Assembly: GCA_964428395.1 (NCBI GenBank)
Contig: CAYRYB010000001.1
Location: 139,971 to 203,970 of the forward strand
Origin: an uncultured Methanosarcinales archaeon
Lineage (GTDB): Archaea; Nanobdellota; Nanobdellia; Woesearchaeales; SKGA01
Length of the DNA stretch: 64,000 nt
Direction of reading: 5' to 3'
Part shown: positions 45,600 through 56,002 of the stretch, in pieces
Layout of the letters: each line of letters starts with the position of its first letter
Position numbering within the stretch: the stretch's first letter is position 1
Translations under genes and position numbers: made by a program
The notes under the pieces: model-generated
What the model was told of the DNA's origin: nothing
Database searches by the model: none
Seen by the model: the letters and a program-made list of their open reading frames with translations, nothing else

Positions 45600-47372
45600 T
45601 TAATTAGCGTTCTTCTTTCGGATGAAAAAATATGCTATATATAATGAACCAAGGAGTACAAACATCAGTAATCCCCATCCTAAGGCAAGTGAGCCACCAC
45701 CAATTCCTGTTACGAGTCCAGTTATACGTCCTCCTGCAATAATTTTAAAAGGATGTGTTGTTTGTAATGTTTTTAAAAGAAGTGATGCATCTTTTCCGTA
45801 AGATATGACAATGTTCAACTGTTTATTTTCTTGCAAATCTATTCTATCAAGTTTTGCAGGTAGATAAACAATTTTTGTTTGACCTGCAGGAATTACATCT
45901 TCTTTATAGAGTGTTTTTTGTAACCCATTGATAATGATGTCCTCTACTTTTACCGCTACGTGAGCATCAATTGTTGTTGGGTTTTGTAATGTTATGCCTA
46001 CACGTCCAATTCCCTTATAGTAAGCCGAATCTAAAACGTAAAGAAGAGTTCCATCATCCTGAATAGTTTGTAATGTTAAAGGCAGTGTTAAAGGATTGCC
46101 AAACGTACCATCTTGTGTTAAGTATTTGTCAAGAGCAGAGGAAGTCATGCCATAAGAAGTGTAAAATTCTACAACAGTATTATTTGTTATTTGTTCAAGA
46201 GGTATGTTTACTTTAGTTGTTATAGGTAAAAGTTCTCCTCCTGCAATGTACGTTGCGTCAGGCAATGAAACGCTTGCAAGTTCTGCATCTTTGTTTTTAA
46301 TAACTAGAGTGGAAAGTTCATAAACACCAACATTTCCTGTGTTCTTAAATGTTGCAATGAGCGTTTTTGTTGATGGATTGTAAATTGCTTGTTGCACAAT
46401 AAGATTCACGCGAGGTAGCGGTAAAGGAAACATGGAAAGCGCATAAATACTTCCAGAATTTTCAGTGTCACCTTGCCCAAATTTAATAAATACATGAATT
46501 TTTTTATCGCTTTTTTCCCTAATTTGTTCTCCAATTGCAGCCAGTTGATTTCCTATGACCACCACTGATTGTATGTTGTTTTGTTCTAGGAAGGTAAATG
46601 TTTTACTAAAAAGTCGCGTTGGCCCTGAGAGAAGAACTGGATTGTTTGATGCAAAGAATTCTGCTTCTAAAAAAGAGCCATCGGTAAGCACTACCGTTTT
46701 GTTCAAGCCGACTAATTTCGCTATTTCCTGACTGTCTTCAAATACATCTCCTGTGTGTATCCAACTGGTAAAGCGAGGTTGAATTTTTTTAAGAACGTCT
46801 CTGCCAAAATTACCAACAGCAATAACAGATTGTGCATCTTTTATTTTTTTTGCTATAGTTTTAGCATTCTCTTTATCAACGATAAAAACCCATGCACTAT
46901 TTTTTACTGCAAGTGGTGCTACAGAACTTGCCATTCGGGGATTATCTAGTGAGATAAGAATATAGTTTCCTGTTCCAGGATCTAAATCATAATTAAAATT
47001 TGTTGTTACATGTTCTTCTTGTACATCAAAACCTATTGCTGATAATTGTGCTCCAAGTTTATCGATATAAGGAGTAATTGTTGATGAGTAAATGTGAAGC
47101 GAATCTTGTTGACTGATAATTTTTGCAAAATTGCTTGCTGAGTCTGAGTTAACAAAGAGTGCTCGTCGTCCCTCTAATGATGATTTTAGCATAACGCTAT
47201 AAACATCTACCCAGTCATTTGAATTTGCAACAGAAACGTCTATTGCTTGAACAAATGAGATACTTAAAACCAGCAAAAAGAAGACAAGTATTGCTCCTCG
47301 CTTAAAATGACTCCTTTTAGTATTCATACTCTTTAACTCCCCGTGCACTAGAGTTCTTAGTCCAGTCTCCAT
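45600..47372 (-). CDS. secreted surface protein with C-terminal TM anchor (590 aa)
   Basis: N-terminal signal/TM and a C-terminal hydrophobic helix followed by a basic tail (FFIRKKNAN). Confidence 0.55.
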   Translation of the reverse strand: METGLRTLVHGELKSMNTKRSHFKRGAILVFFLLVLSISFVQAIDVSVANSNDWVDVYSVMLKSSLEGRRALFVNSDSASNFAKIISQQDSLHIYSSTITPYIDKLGAQLSAIGFDVQEEHVTTNFNYDLDPGTGNYILISLDNPRMASSVAPLAVKNSAWVFIVDKENAKTIAKKIKDAQSVIAVGNFGRDVLKKIQPRFTSWIHTGDVFEDSQEIAKLVGLNKTVVLTDGSFLEAEFFASNNPVLLSGPTRLFSKTFTFLEQNNIQSVVVIGNQLAAIGEQIREKSDKKIHVFIKFGQGDTENSGSIYALSMFPLPLPRVNLIVQQAIYNPSTKTLIATFKNTGNVGVYELSTLVIKNKDAELASVSLPDATYIAGGELLPITTKVNIPLEQITNNTVVEFYTSYGMTSSALDKYLTQDGTFGNPLTLPLTLQTIQDDGTLLYVLDSAYYKGIGRVGITLQNPTTIDAHVAVKVEDIIINGLQKTLYKEDVIPAGQTKIVYLPAKLDRIDLQENKQLNIVISYGKDASLLLKTLQTTHPFKIIAGGRITGLVTGIGGGSLALGWGLLMFVLLGSLYIAYFFIRKKNAN

Positions 47373-47520
47373 TTATAAAGATTTCGTTAAAATTCTCTGT
47401 TGAATTTTTTAGTGCAAACTCTAGTGCAAATAATTATTTCTTTTAGAATACTATTGTTAAAAAAGCTTAATTCAAAAAAGAAGATTTTTCATAATCGCCG
47501 TGAACAGCAGCATGGTACTT

Positions 47521-48198
47521 TTAAGGTAGTTCTAAATAAAAGTTATAGGGAATTGCGCTTTGCGCAGGTACAAGAAGTTGGTAATCAACGGTTTTTCCCG
47601 ATTGAAAGCTCAGTGCATTGTTTTGTGCTTTTGCCGCCCACACAACAGCATTATCTACTGCATTATATAACGCATATGTTTTAAGGGTTCCTTGCGCGCC
47701 ATTTTGCCATGTTGTTGTGTAAAGAGTTACAGGAATACTCAAGCTAGCACTGTTAAAAACTTCTGATTGTGTAAATGTTGCTGAGAAATTGTCGGTTGCC
47801 ACGACTTGTAAATAACCAGGCATATCTCCTACTGCTGCAGGTCGAAAACTAGTAAAATCCCAATTGGTTATTGAATCTGTTGAAACATAAACAACTGCAT
47901 TGGTTGGGTCTGTTACCGTCCAAATATAATAGTAGTTTCCTCCACCATCACCTAATCGCGCTTCTCCGGTTACATTTCCATAAAAACCACCCCATCGCGT
48001 AGTAATTATTCCTCCTCGCACATCTACATACGTTACATTTCCACCTTGTATATTAAGTGATTGTGCTGCAGGAAGCACGGTTGTTTGCGATGCTCCTGGC
48101 GTAAGTGTTGCGCCTGAGGGTTCTGCAAGCGTACAAGAAGCAAGCAGAAAAAAGAACGCTAAAGAAGTCATAAGGATGTTTATGATGTGTTGTTTCAT
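47521..48198 (-). CDS. small secreted protein, paralog of 48309..49079
   Basis: Signal peptide. Shares blocks with the neighbour: VVWAAKAQ/LVWAGQV, DYQLLVP/DYQIIVP, NFYLELP/YYLWAELV. Confidence 0.55.
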   Translation of the reverse strand: MKQHIINILMTSLAFFFLLASCTLAEPSGATLTPGASQTTVLPAAQSLNIQGGNVTYVDVRGGIITTRWGGFYGNVTGEARLGDGGGNYYYIWTVTDPTNAVVYVSTDSITNWDFTSFRPAAVGDMPGYLQVVATDNFSATFTQSEVFNSASLSIPVTLYTTTWQNGAQGTLKTYALYNAVDNAVVWAAKAQNNALSFQSGKTVDYQLLVPAQSAIPYNFYLELP

Positions 48199-48264
48199 TA
48201 CGTATGCCTCGCCATCCTTCTTGATTACTATTCTTCTATAAATAAGTATTGCTTAGAACAGATT

Positions 48265-48298
48265 AAAAAAAGAAAAAAAGAAAAAAAAAGAAAAAAAG
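48265..48298 (-). terminator. oligo-T terminator (minus strand) directly after the stop of 48309..49079
   Basis: Plus-strand aaaaaaagaaaaaaagaaaaaaaaagaaaaaaa equals a 33-nt T-rich run on the coding strand starting 10 nt after the stop codon. Confidence 0.35.
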
Positions 48299-48308
48299 CC
48301 TTTACAGC

Positions 48309-49079
48309 TTAGACAAGTTCTGCCCACAAGTAATATGTTGTGGTTGCAACATCATTTCCAGTTCCATCTTCTGGAACGATAATCTGATAATCAGCTGAAT
48401 TACCGTTGAAGAGTGTTCCGCCCATAATAACTTGTCCTGCCCATACTAAGCTATTTGAACTGTCTTTTAAGGAGTAAGTTCTCCACGTTGCCGCTTGAAG
48501 ATTGTCGTACGTATCAACATATGATGCGGTTACGGATCCATAAATAGCAGAGTCTGGACTTGCTGAACCACCAAATGTTGTTGCCCAATTGTCCGCTGCG
48601 CCATCGGTAAGATATGCGGGCATATCAGTTGAAGTTGCATTTACAATACTTGCAGACGTCCAATCAATAGTGCTTTGATCGCTTGCAAAAACCATACGAC
48701 CATCTGCAGACCAGTTATAAACAATCTCTCCTGCGCCTGTTCCGGTTCCTAAGACAATATCACCGCCTACGGTTCCTGTGATACCTGCCCATACAAAGGT
48801 AGATATTCTTGATGAAATATTAACATCATATACGTCTCCTGACTGAATGGCCAGGTTTCCTCCACCAGTTGAAAGATATTCGCCCAAGCTTTGATTACCT
48901 GCGACGGTTACTTCACCAGGTTCTGCTGCGAAGACTATTCCTAATGATAGGATAGCTACCAGCATCAAAATTGCAATTTTTTTCATTGTCTCACACACCT
49001 CGTTTTTAGTTGTTTGTTTTTCAAAACCACGATATACGATAGGACTTTCGCCCCTTGTATCGTAATCAATATATTCCAC
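48309..49079 (-). CDS. small secreted protein, paralog of 47521..48198
   Basis: Signal peptide and the shared blocks listed for 47521..48198. Confidence 0.55.
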   Translation of the reverse strand: MEYIDYDTRGESPIVYRGFEKQTTKNEVCETMKKIAILMLVAILSLGIVFAAEPGEVTVAGNQSLGEYLSTGGGNLAIQSGDVYDVNISSRISTFVWAGITGTVGGDIVLGTGTGAGEIVYNWSADGRMVFASDQSTIDWTSASIVNATSTDMPAYLTDGAADNWATTFGGSASPDSAIYGSVTASYVDTYDNLQAATWRTYSLKDSSNSLVWAGQVIMGGTLFNGNSADYQIIVPEDGTGNDVATTTYYLWAELV

Positions 49080-49233
49080 ATATTAATGTGGATATAGCTA
49101 TATCCAGATACAATAGTATTTAAATGTGTGTTTTCTTTTTTAAGGGAAAACAAAAAAAATAAACAAGGTAGAAAAAGCCAAAAATAACGTTTTTATCCAA
49201 AAAAAGAATAATTTGAAGGTTTGCTTAAATATT

Positions 49234-52200
49234 TTAGACGAATTCTTCTGAATAAGAAAAGAAATCATTACTACCTTTCCAGGATTGTAAAAGAGTAGGC
49301 AAGCGAACTTCATAATCATACGTTCCATAAAGTCCTGTTTTATTTGCATCAACAAAAGCCACCAAAACTAAATCTTGCGTTCCATCATACTCCCCTCCTA
49401 AAGAAGCATCCCACATGATGCCTGTTATAAAAGGCGAAGAGGCATTTGTTGAAAGCGTTGTTGGAACATCAGTAATGGTAGAACCAAAAATAGTTACGTT
49501 TGCAGTGGTATCGGCAACATCGTTGTTGTCAGGATCAAAAAGTTTTGCAATTGAATCTGAAAAACCTGTCATACCCAACGCAGTATCTGCTTCTTTAAAA
49601 TCATAAGTTCCGTTACCAAGTGCAGCTAAATGTGAGAAATCAATGGATGAATCAGCATCATAAAAGAAGAGGTAACCATTCTTTGAAGAATCTGACCAGT
49701 TAAGCAATGTTTTATTACTTGCTGAACCTAAAAGAATGGTGTGGTTAATAAGACCATATTGAAAGCCCCACGCAGATACAGTTAAGTTAGAAGCAAAGGT
49801 ATTGTTGGTTTCATTTAATTCTGTAACAGTAAAATTGCTATCAACATAAGCATCAAAGATATACGTTCCAGGTTTTGCCGTCCAATTAAAAGAATAAAGC
49901 GTTGTTGTATGTGCTGTTAAGTTCAAAGAAGTTTTTTGTAATGTTTCATTATAAATTTTAGTTGTACCATTCCACAAGGATATATTAAGTTGTAGAGTGA
50001 AATTATTGGCAGTCTCGTTACCAGTATTGGACGTATTAACAAAGAGCGTAACTATATCTCCTTGCTTAGGCGTTAAAGAAGAGTACGTAATATTGGTAAT
50101 AAACAGTTCACGAGTTGGTCGTCGTGAAATATTCATAGTATCACTAACAGTAAGATTTGCATAATGTTGCGTAGTAAAACAACTTACATTAAAAGAAGAT
50201 AATCCATCTATAACTGTTTTATTCAATTCATAGAGTTCGCTGGATACATTATACGTCATATTTACAAGAGAACTCCAAGTACCAGAACTATTTTCAGTAA
50301 ATTCGCAATAAACATCTCCGCCCGTTATAGGATTGCCACTAGTAATATTAGTATAGTTTGCATAAAAAAAGTTTTGTTCATCATTAAAAATTTCTTGTGA
50401 ATCACTACTATCCCAAAGAGAAAGGTTTGTGCCTTCAGCCGTTGTATAGTTAGAAAATCCACTAACATTGAAAGTTAAATTTCCTTCAGAATAAGCTTGC
50501 AGAGTGCAAGCAGAACAAAGCACACCATTTCTATAAACAACAGGATACACCCACGATATATTAGTTAAAGTAATATTTGCTGAAGAGTCAAAACTAGAAT
50601 CAAGGTGACTAACTGCAACGCTAACAAAGTTTTGTGTTATATTCACATAACTATCAAACTCTTGATTGGTTGCGTTAACTGTTCCCGTCCAAACTATTTT
50701 GCCAACAGCAGGCACATCAAGAGTCGCATCAGGTATTGCTTCAGGATCAGGATAAGCGTTAAAGTTGGTTGTTCTCCCATTAAATAAAGTATAGGTTGCA
50801 TTTGCAGGATTATTTACAAATAAGCTATTATTATTTGCCCAAGTAACAGTACTGTTGTTATCCCAAGCTACACAATTCCAAGTATAATCACCAGAGGTAA
50901 GATTATAACACCATGTTGTTTGATGTTGTGTTCCAGAAACAATTGTTGTAACATTCAACTTAAATGATTCATTTGTTGCGTTCGTTAGATAAAGCGAAAT
51001 GTTTGTTAAGGCAACATCATCAGAAAATGCACAAGTAAAAGCAACTTCTTGAACCGTTGTAAAATGAGTTGTTGGTGATTGATTAATAAGCTGAGGTGGT
51101 TGATTTACAAAATGAGTAATTAAAAATGTTTCATTTAAAGAAAGATTTTGATAAGAAGCATTACTAGAATGACATGAAATATTGTACATGAAAGTTCCTG
51201 CAATGGTTTGATTATGAAACTCATAAAGCTGACTTGTCACGTTATAGGTCATGTTCACCCATGAAGACCAAACGCCTGTACTATTTTCTGTAAAAGAACA
51301 ATTTGCGTACGATGAAGTAATTGAACTGCCTGTTGAAGCGTTCGTATAGTTTGCATAGAAATAATTTTGTTGAAAATCATAAATTGTTTGTGTGTCACTT
51401 AAATCCCATATGCGAAGTTGCGTCCCTTTACTAGTAATTCCTATATCATCAACAATAATTCCATTTTTCACGCCATCATCATCTCCAAAACCACCATCTT
51501 TAATAGTGATTTTAATGGTGTGTGCATCAATCTGTTCGTAAGGAAATTGGTACCATTTTACTGTCTTTGAATTAAATTTCCATAAGTCAAAATCAGGTGG
51601 TAAGGAGTCGTAGGTAAAATAAACATCGAGCGCTTCAGCACCAGTGGTATTGGCAGTGAAACGCACGAGTTTATGGGTAAAAGAGTTTGGAGTACCGGGC
51701 AAATTTGGTAAATTGAGGGGATCTACCAAGGCCACGGCATCCAAGACTCCTTTTGGTGTTGTTACGACAAATTCTCGGTTATTCACATGCACAGTTGCTT
51801 GTGTATTGTGAACTGCTTTTGTAATTGAGAATTCATAAGTAGGTAATACTAGTTGCAGAGGATCAACAATTTTCTTGTTTATCAACCCATCATCATCAAT
51901 AACGCCGTCTTGAAGAGTGAGTTGTAATGTTTTTCTATCAGAAGTGATATTGTAAGGGGTCTGCACAAATCCTTTTGGCGTTTTTTTCCATAAATAAAAG
52001 TATAAATTTTTGGGAAGAGTAAAAGGCAACGTGATAGTAGCCTGCATAGGTTGTGATGTTACGTTATCTATCGTAAAAAAGAACGTTGTGGTATTTGATA
52101 CTTCAAAATGACGTAGTATTCCTTGTGATATGTTCAAATCAAAAATACCTTCATCATTTTGATACCTTCTATGAACAGCAGAATTCACGCCTTCAAGTGG

Positions 52201-53535
52201 TTTGTAAAGATCATCTATAGTTATCTCATTAAAAGAATTAGGTACTGTTTCAGTGGATTGTTTTGCTATTCGATCGCTAATAAAAAGTGATTCATTATAA
52301 TGCTTTGTAGTGCAGGTTACTTCAAACCAATATGCACTAGATACAGTAATAGATTGTTGGTAGGTGGCAGTTGAAATGTTATATAATAAAAGAAGCGGTG
52401 CTGACCAAACGCCTGTACTGTTATCACGAAGTTCGCAAGAAGTGGAAAGTCCAACAAGAGATTCATTTGTTACTATATCTTTATAATGGACAGAAAGCAA
52501 ATGTGTTGTATTTGTTGTTTTTAAAATTTCAACATGAAGAGAAGTAAACGCTCCTTGTGTTTCTTCTAAGAACAATAAATTTGCAGAAGAGCAGTTTGGC
52601 AAAGGTTCTTGTAATGAGTGTATAACTACTCGCGTGTCAGTTTCATTTTTTATTGAATCATTTGTCTGTAAAGAAAACTGTTGCGAGGATGAATTTTGTA
52701 GTAAATTATCATTGAAAGAATCATTAAGAAGCAAGACAGTAGAAGAGTTTGAAAGAGGTGAAAATGAACTAACATTTTCAAGATAGGTTTCCAATGGTTG
52801 AATAATAACTGGTTCAATAGGCTCAGGTAGTGCTACGACGATTGGTTGCTTTGACACAGCATAAGAATCTATGAGGGATAGATTTTCATTGTCGGTTTGC
52901 GTAAAACAACTTACCTGAAACCAAAAACTTGAACCAGCATTATAAATATCTTGTTCGTATTCTCCTTTAAGAGCATCATAAGTCATAGTGTAGGGCGATG
53001 ACCAGTTTCCCGTACTATTTTCTCGAAGTTCACAATAAGTAGAAAGTCCAACAAGAGAATAATTGTTGACAGAATAGTTTGCAATAAATTGCATTGATGT
53101 ATTTGAGTGTTCATCTAAAATAATTTGTACAATTAATTGTGTTGCTCCCTTTGAAACAATAGCTTTGCTAATATTATTTATGAGAATAGATTTTCCAAGA
53201 GGAAGAAGAAGTGATTCAGTCTGTGAGGACGTTTCATAATCAGAAAAAGAAGTTGATTGGTTGTCTTGTTGTTCTGCTTGTAAAGTTGATTGTTGTAAAG
53301 AAGAGAAAGTATTTGAAGAAGAATTAGAAGAGGTATTTATAAAAGGAATTGCAAGAGGAGTAATGTTAGTAAAGAAGGTATCATTCGCATTTGTTTCCGC
53401 GTAAAGAAGCATGGGAATTGCATTTGATTGTGAAACAAAAGGTGTTGGAATAATAAAAAAAGCTAACGCTATTAAAACGCTTACCAACAAAAGTATATTC
53501 GCAAACCGAGTTGCTGTGCCGTTTCTATGTTCCAA
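49234..53535 (-). CDS. giant (1433 aa) N-glycosylated surface protein with internal repeated domains
   Basis: N-terminal TM/signal. At least 4 copies of a ~40-aa block (…SLVGLSTxCELRxNSTGxWSxP…MTY(D/N)…YE). Two Asp-rich blocks (DGVIDDDGLINKKIVD; GFGDDDGVKNGIIVDD). Over 100 N-x-S/T sequons. Confidence 0.7.
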   Translation of the reverse strand: MEHRNGTATRFANILLLVSVLIALAFFIIPTPFVSQSNAIPMLLYAETNANDTFFTNITPLAIPFINTSSNSSSNTFSSLQQSTLQAEQQDNQSTSFSDYETSSQTESLLLPLGKSILINNISKAIVSKGATQLIVQIILDEHSNTSMQFIANYSVNNYSLVGLSTYCELRENSTGNWSSPYTMTYDALKGEYEQDIYNAGSSFWFQVSCFTQTDNENLSLIDSYAVSKQPIVVALPEPIEPVIIQPLETYLENVSSFSPLSNSSTVLLLNDSFNDNLLQNSSSQQFSLQTNDSIKNETDTRVVIHSLQEPLPNCSSANLLFLEETQGAFTSLHVEILKTTNTTHLLSVHYKDIVTNESLVGLSTSCELRDNSTGVWSAPLLLLYNISTATYQQSITVSSAYWFEVTCTTKHYNESLFISDRIAKQSTETVPNSFNEITIDDLYKPLEGVNSAVHRRYQNDEGIFDLNISQGILRHFEVSNTTTFFFTIDNVTSQPMQATITLPFTLPKNLYFYLWKKTPKGFVQTPYNITSDRKTLQLTLQDGVIDDDGLINKKIVDPLQLVLPTYEFSITKAVHNTQATVHVNNREFVVTTPKGVLDAVALVDPLNLPNLPGTPNSFTHKLVRFTANTTGAEALDVYFTYDSLPPDFDLWKFNSKTVKWYQFPYEQIDAHTIKITIKDGGFGDDDGVKNGIIVDDIGITSKGTQLRIWDLSDTQTIYDFQQNYFYANYTNASTGSSITSSYANCSFTENSTGVWSSWVNMTYNVTSQLYEFHNQTIAGTFMYNISCHSSNASYQNLSLNETFLITHFVNQPPQLINQSPTTHFTTVQEVAFTCAFSDDVALTNISLYLTNATNESFKLNVTTIVSGTQHQTTWCYNLTSGDYTWNCVAWDNNSTVTWANNNSLFVNNPANATYTLFNGRTTNFNAYPDPEAIPDATLDVPAVGKIVWTGTVNATNQEFDSYVNITQNFVSVAVSHLDSSFDSSANITLTNISWVYPVVYRNGVLCSACTLQAYSEGNLTFNVSGFSNYTTAEGTNLSLWDSSDSQEIFNDEQNFFYANYTNITSGNPITGGDVYCEFTENSSGTWSSLVNMTYNVSSELYELNKTVIDGLSSFNVSCFTTQHYANLTVSDTMNISRRPTRELFITNITYSSLTPKQGDIVTLFVNTSNTGNETANNFTLQLNISLWNGTTKIYNETLQKTSLNLTAHTTTLYSFNWTAKPGTYIFDAYVDSNFTVTELNETNNTFASNLTVSAWGFQYGLINHTILLGSASNKTLLNWSDSSKNGYLFFYDADSSIDFSHLAALGNGTYDFKEADTALGMTGFSDSIAKLFDPDNNDVADTTANVTIFGSTITDVPTTLSTNASSPFITGIMWDASLGGEYDGTQDLVLVAFVDANKTGLYGTYDYEVRLPTLLQSWKGSNDFFSYSEEFV

Positions 53536-54011
53536 TTCTCATCCCTCAATGAGAATAACTCTGTGGCTGTTGGCACAAAAAATTCGTGCTAGTTATGTAC
53601 TATCCTCTATTTTGACTAGCAACGAAATTTTGTTTTCGTCGTAACAACTACCACCCACCTATCTTAAATTTAAAAAGTGCATTTTACATTTATAAACTTA
53701 CGTAATCTTTCTAGAGTGAAAACAATCATGGTATTGTTTAAAAAAAGAAAATAAAAAATAAAATTAAAGAAAAAAAAGAAAATAAAAATCAATACAAACG
53801 TTGATTAAAAAGCGTTAATTAAAAAACAAAAAGTACTAAAAGAATTCGCCTAAAAAGAAGAAAATAGTATGTTGCGTTTGGTGTAAAGCTTTGATAAGCA
53901 CAATTCATGCAGTGTCCATGAAGAAATTTGAAAATCACCATACAACATCGCTTTAGTATACTACTCCCCCAAAAAAATATTTTTTCCAAGTAGCGTTCTG
54001 CAATGGAAACG

Positions 54012-54019
54012 TTTATAAA
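54012..54019 (+). promoter_or_regulatory. TATA box (TTTATAAA) upstream of the MoxR gene
   Basis: gtttataaac lies about 25-55 nt upstream of the candidate starts. GGAGGTGA SD at 54063-54070 lies 4 nt before an in-frame GTG at 54075. Confidence 0.35.
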
Positions 54020-54044
54020 CAAAAGATGTAAGAGTTAAACTAGT

Positions 54045-55976
54045 TTGGGTGCCATTGCAAAGGGAGGTGAGGTTGTGGCGGCTAAGAAAAAAAGAACAAC
54101 GCAAAGAAAATCAACTAGAAAAACGATCGCAAGAAAGTCGACTCCTGTTAAGAAGCATCCTAAGAGAAAGATTACGAGTAAAAAGAAATCTTTACCAGCG
54201 GTTAGAAGTAAGAAAAAAAAAGCAGGTAAAAGAGTTGTAAAGAAAACAACTTCTAAAAAGAAAACTACTAAAAAAGTAACAAAAAAAATAGCTAAAAAAA
54301 CAAGCGCAAAGAAAATAATAAAACCAAAGACAAAGAGTAAAAAAACAAAAAATAACAAAATAAAAAGAAAAAATACTGCTTATAAAATAAAATCTTCAAA
54401 AGAAGAAGAGCAAAACGTACAAGAAATAAAAGCAACGCTTGATGAGATTCGATCATTAGAACTGGACAATAAGCGATTGGAACATCAAATTTCTAAAGCG
54501 CAAACAAAACAAGAAATTCTTTCAGAATTAAAAACGTACCTTGCATTACTAAAACAAGCGCCAAGCCCGATGCCTGCATCAGAAGAACAGTTCAAAAAAG
54601 AAAATCCTCAGCTTACGCAGTTGCAACAAACGCTCAATCAAAATAACGAACAACTTGCATCAGAAGTTCAAAAAGCGCAAACAAAAGACAAACTCATTAC
54701 GCGACTAAAAAATCTTCTTGCAATAAAAAGTAAAACAAATGAAACAACACAAAAAGTTTCTTTATCGCCACAAGAAAAAGAGGATAATGCTTCGCCACCT
54801 TTAGCGCAATTACCAAAACCACCAGCGCTTTCTTTACAAGAAACAAAAGCTGACAAAGAAGAAATGGTCAAGGTAGCTGTTGAAGAATCAGAGCCAGACC
54901 ATATAAGTGAAATTAATACTTTTCAAATAAATCAGATAAAACAAGAAAAAAAACCAATACTTAAGGAAAGCGATTTTAAAACAAACAAAACAAGAGGCAT
55001 TATAACGCCACAAGAAGCACAGGAGTTTTCCATTCTTTTAAAAAATGCAACCAAAGAAATTAATAAAGTATTCCTAGGTCAAGAACGCGCAGTAGAGCGA
55101 GTACTTATTTCTGTTGTTTGTGATGCGCACACGCTTTTAGAAGGTGTTCCTGGTCTTGCAAAAACACTGCTTATTGAAACTCTTGCAAAAATTATTAGTG
55201 GCACCACATTTAAGCGTATTCAGTTTTTGCCTGATTTATTACCATCAGATATTATTGGTGGCCAAGTCTTTAATCCAAAAACTGCAGAATATAAAATCTA
55301 CAAAGGCCCTATTTTTGCAAACTTTGTACTTTGCGATGAGATAAATCGTGCACCGCCAAAAACACATGCTGCAGTTATGGAAGCTATGCAAGAGAAAAAA
55401 ATAAATATTGAAAATGAAGAATTCATTTTAGATAGACCATTTTTTGTTTTAGCAACGCAAAACCCTTTGGAAAACAAAGGTACGTATGATTTACCAGAAG
55501 CAGTTTTAGATAGATTCATGTTTAAGGTTTTACTTGATTATCCAAGAAGAGAAATTGAACATGATATCATTACTGAAAACGCGACCACAAAAAATGTAAA
55601 GAGAAAAATAAGAAAAGTTATTGATAAAGAAACGTTGCTTGACATGCAGGTAAAAGTAAAAACCGTATTCATCGCAGAAAAAATAAAAAGTTACATTCTT
55701 GATTTAGTTGAAGCAACAAGAGGATTAAATAAAGATATTGAAGGATTTAAATTTGTTAAATATGGTGCGGGCGTTCGTGCAAGCATTTATCTTTCATTAG
55801 CTGCAAAGGCTAAAGCGATTATTGAAGGTCGTAATTATGTTCTTCCTGATGATGTTGATTTTATTGCGCCAGAAGTATTGCGTCATAGAATCGCCTTAAA
55901 CTATAGAGGCAAAGCACATAACATCACGCCAGATAAAATAGCAGAAGAAATTCTCTCTAAAGTAAAGGCAATTTAA
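54045..55976 (+). CDS. MoxR-family AAA+ ATPase with ~330-aa N-terminal extension (histone-H1-like lysine-rich tail + coiled coil); the track start is TTG, and the real start may be GTG 54075
   Basis: C-terminal half: Walker A GVPGLAKT, Walker B FVLCDEINRAPPKT, and LATQNPLE..GTYDLPEAVLDRF (MoxR signature). N-terminus: KKxxKK repeats (…KKTTSKKKTTKKVTKKIAKKTSAKKIIKPKTKSKKTKNNK…). Confidence 0.85.
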   Translation: MGAIAKGGEVVAAKKKRTTQRKSTRKTIARKSTPVKKHPKRKITSKKKSLPAVRSKKKKAGKRVVKKTTSKKKTTKKVTKKIAKKTSAKKIIKPKTKSKKTKNNKIKRKNTAYKIKSSKEEEQNVQEIKATLDEIRSLELDNKRLEHQISKAQTKQEILSELKTYLALLKQAPSPMPASEEQFKKENPQLTQLQQTLNQNNEQLASEVQKAQTKDKLITRLKNLLAIKSKTNETTQKVSLSPQEKEDNASPPLAQLPKPPALSLQETKADKEEMVKVAVEESEPDHISEINTFQINQIKQEKKPILKESDFKTNKTRGIITPQEAQEFSILLKNATKEINKVFLGQERAVERVLISVVCDAHTLLEGVPGLAKTLLIETLAKIISGTTFKRIQFLPDLLPSDIIGGQVFNPKTAEYKIYKGPIFANFVLCDEINRAPPKTHAAVMEAMQEKKINIENEEFILDRPFFVLATQNPLENKGTYDLPEAVLDRFMFKVLLDYPRREIEHDIITENATTKNVKRKIRKVIDKETLLDMQVKVKTVFIAEKIKSYILDLVEATRGLNKDIEGFKFVKYGAGVRASIYLSLAAKAKAIIEGRNYVLPDDVDFIAPEVLRHRIALNYRGKAHNITPDKIAEEILSKVKAI

Positions 55977-56002
55977 AAAAGGTTAAAAAAAGGGTCATAA
56001 TA

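Noticed and set aside
48199-48308. Poly-A/G simple-sequence tracts (48265-48298; 26044-26072; 53700-53830) as possible microsatellite or contingency loci
   Set aside because: They lie in intergenic 3' regions and read as oligo-T on the coding strand of the upstream gene. The archaeal-terminator explanation is simpler. No in-frame repeat within a CDS was seen.
54035-54358. 107-aa minus-strand ORF (MLFFVFLLFVFGF...) overlapping the start of the MoxR gene
   Set aside because: It is the antisense of the lysine codon-rich (AAA/AAG) region, which automatically yields a Phe/Leu-rich open frame. The MoxR frame is continuous and has promoter and SD signals.
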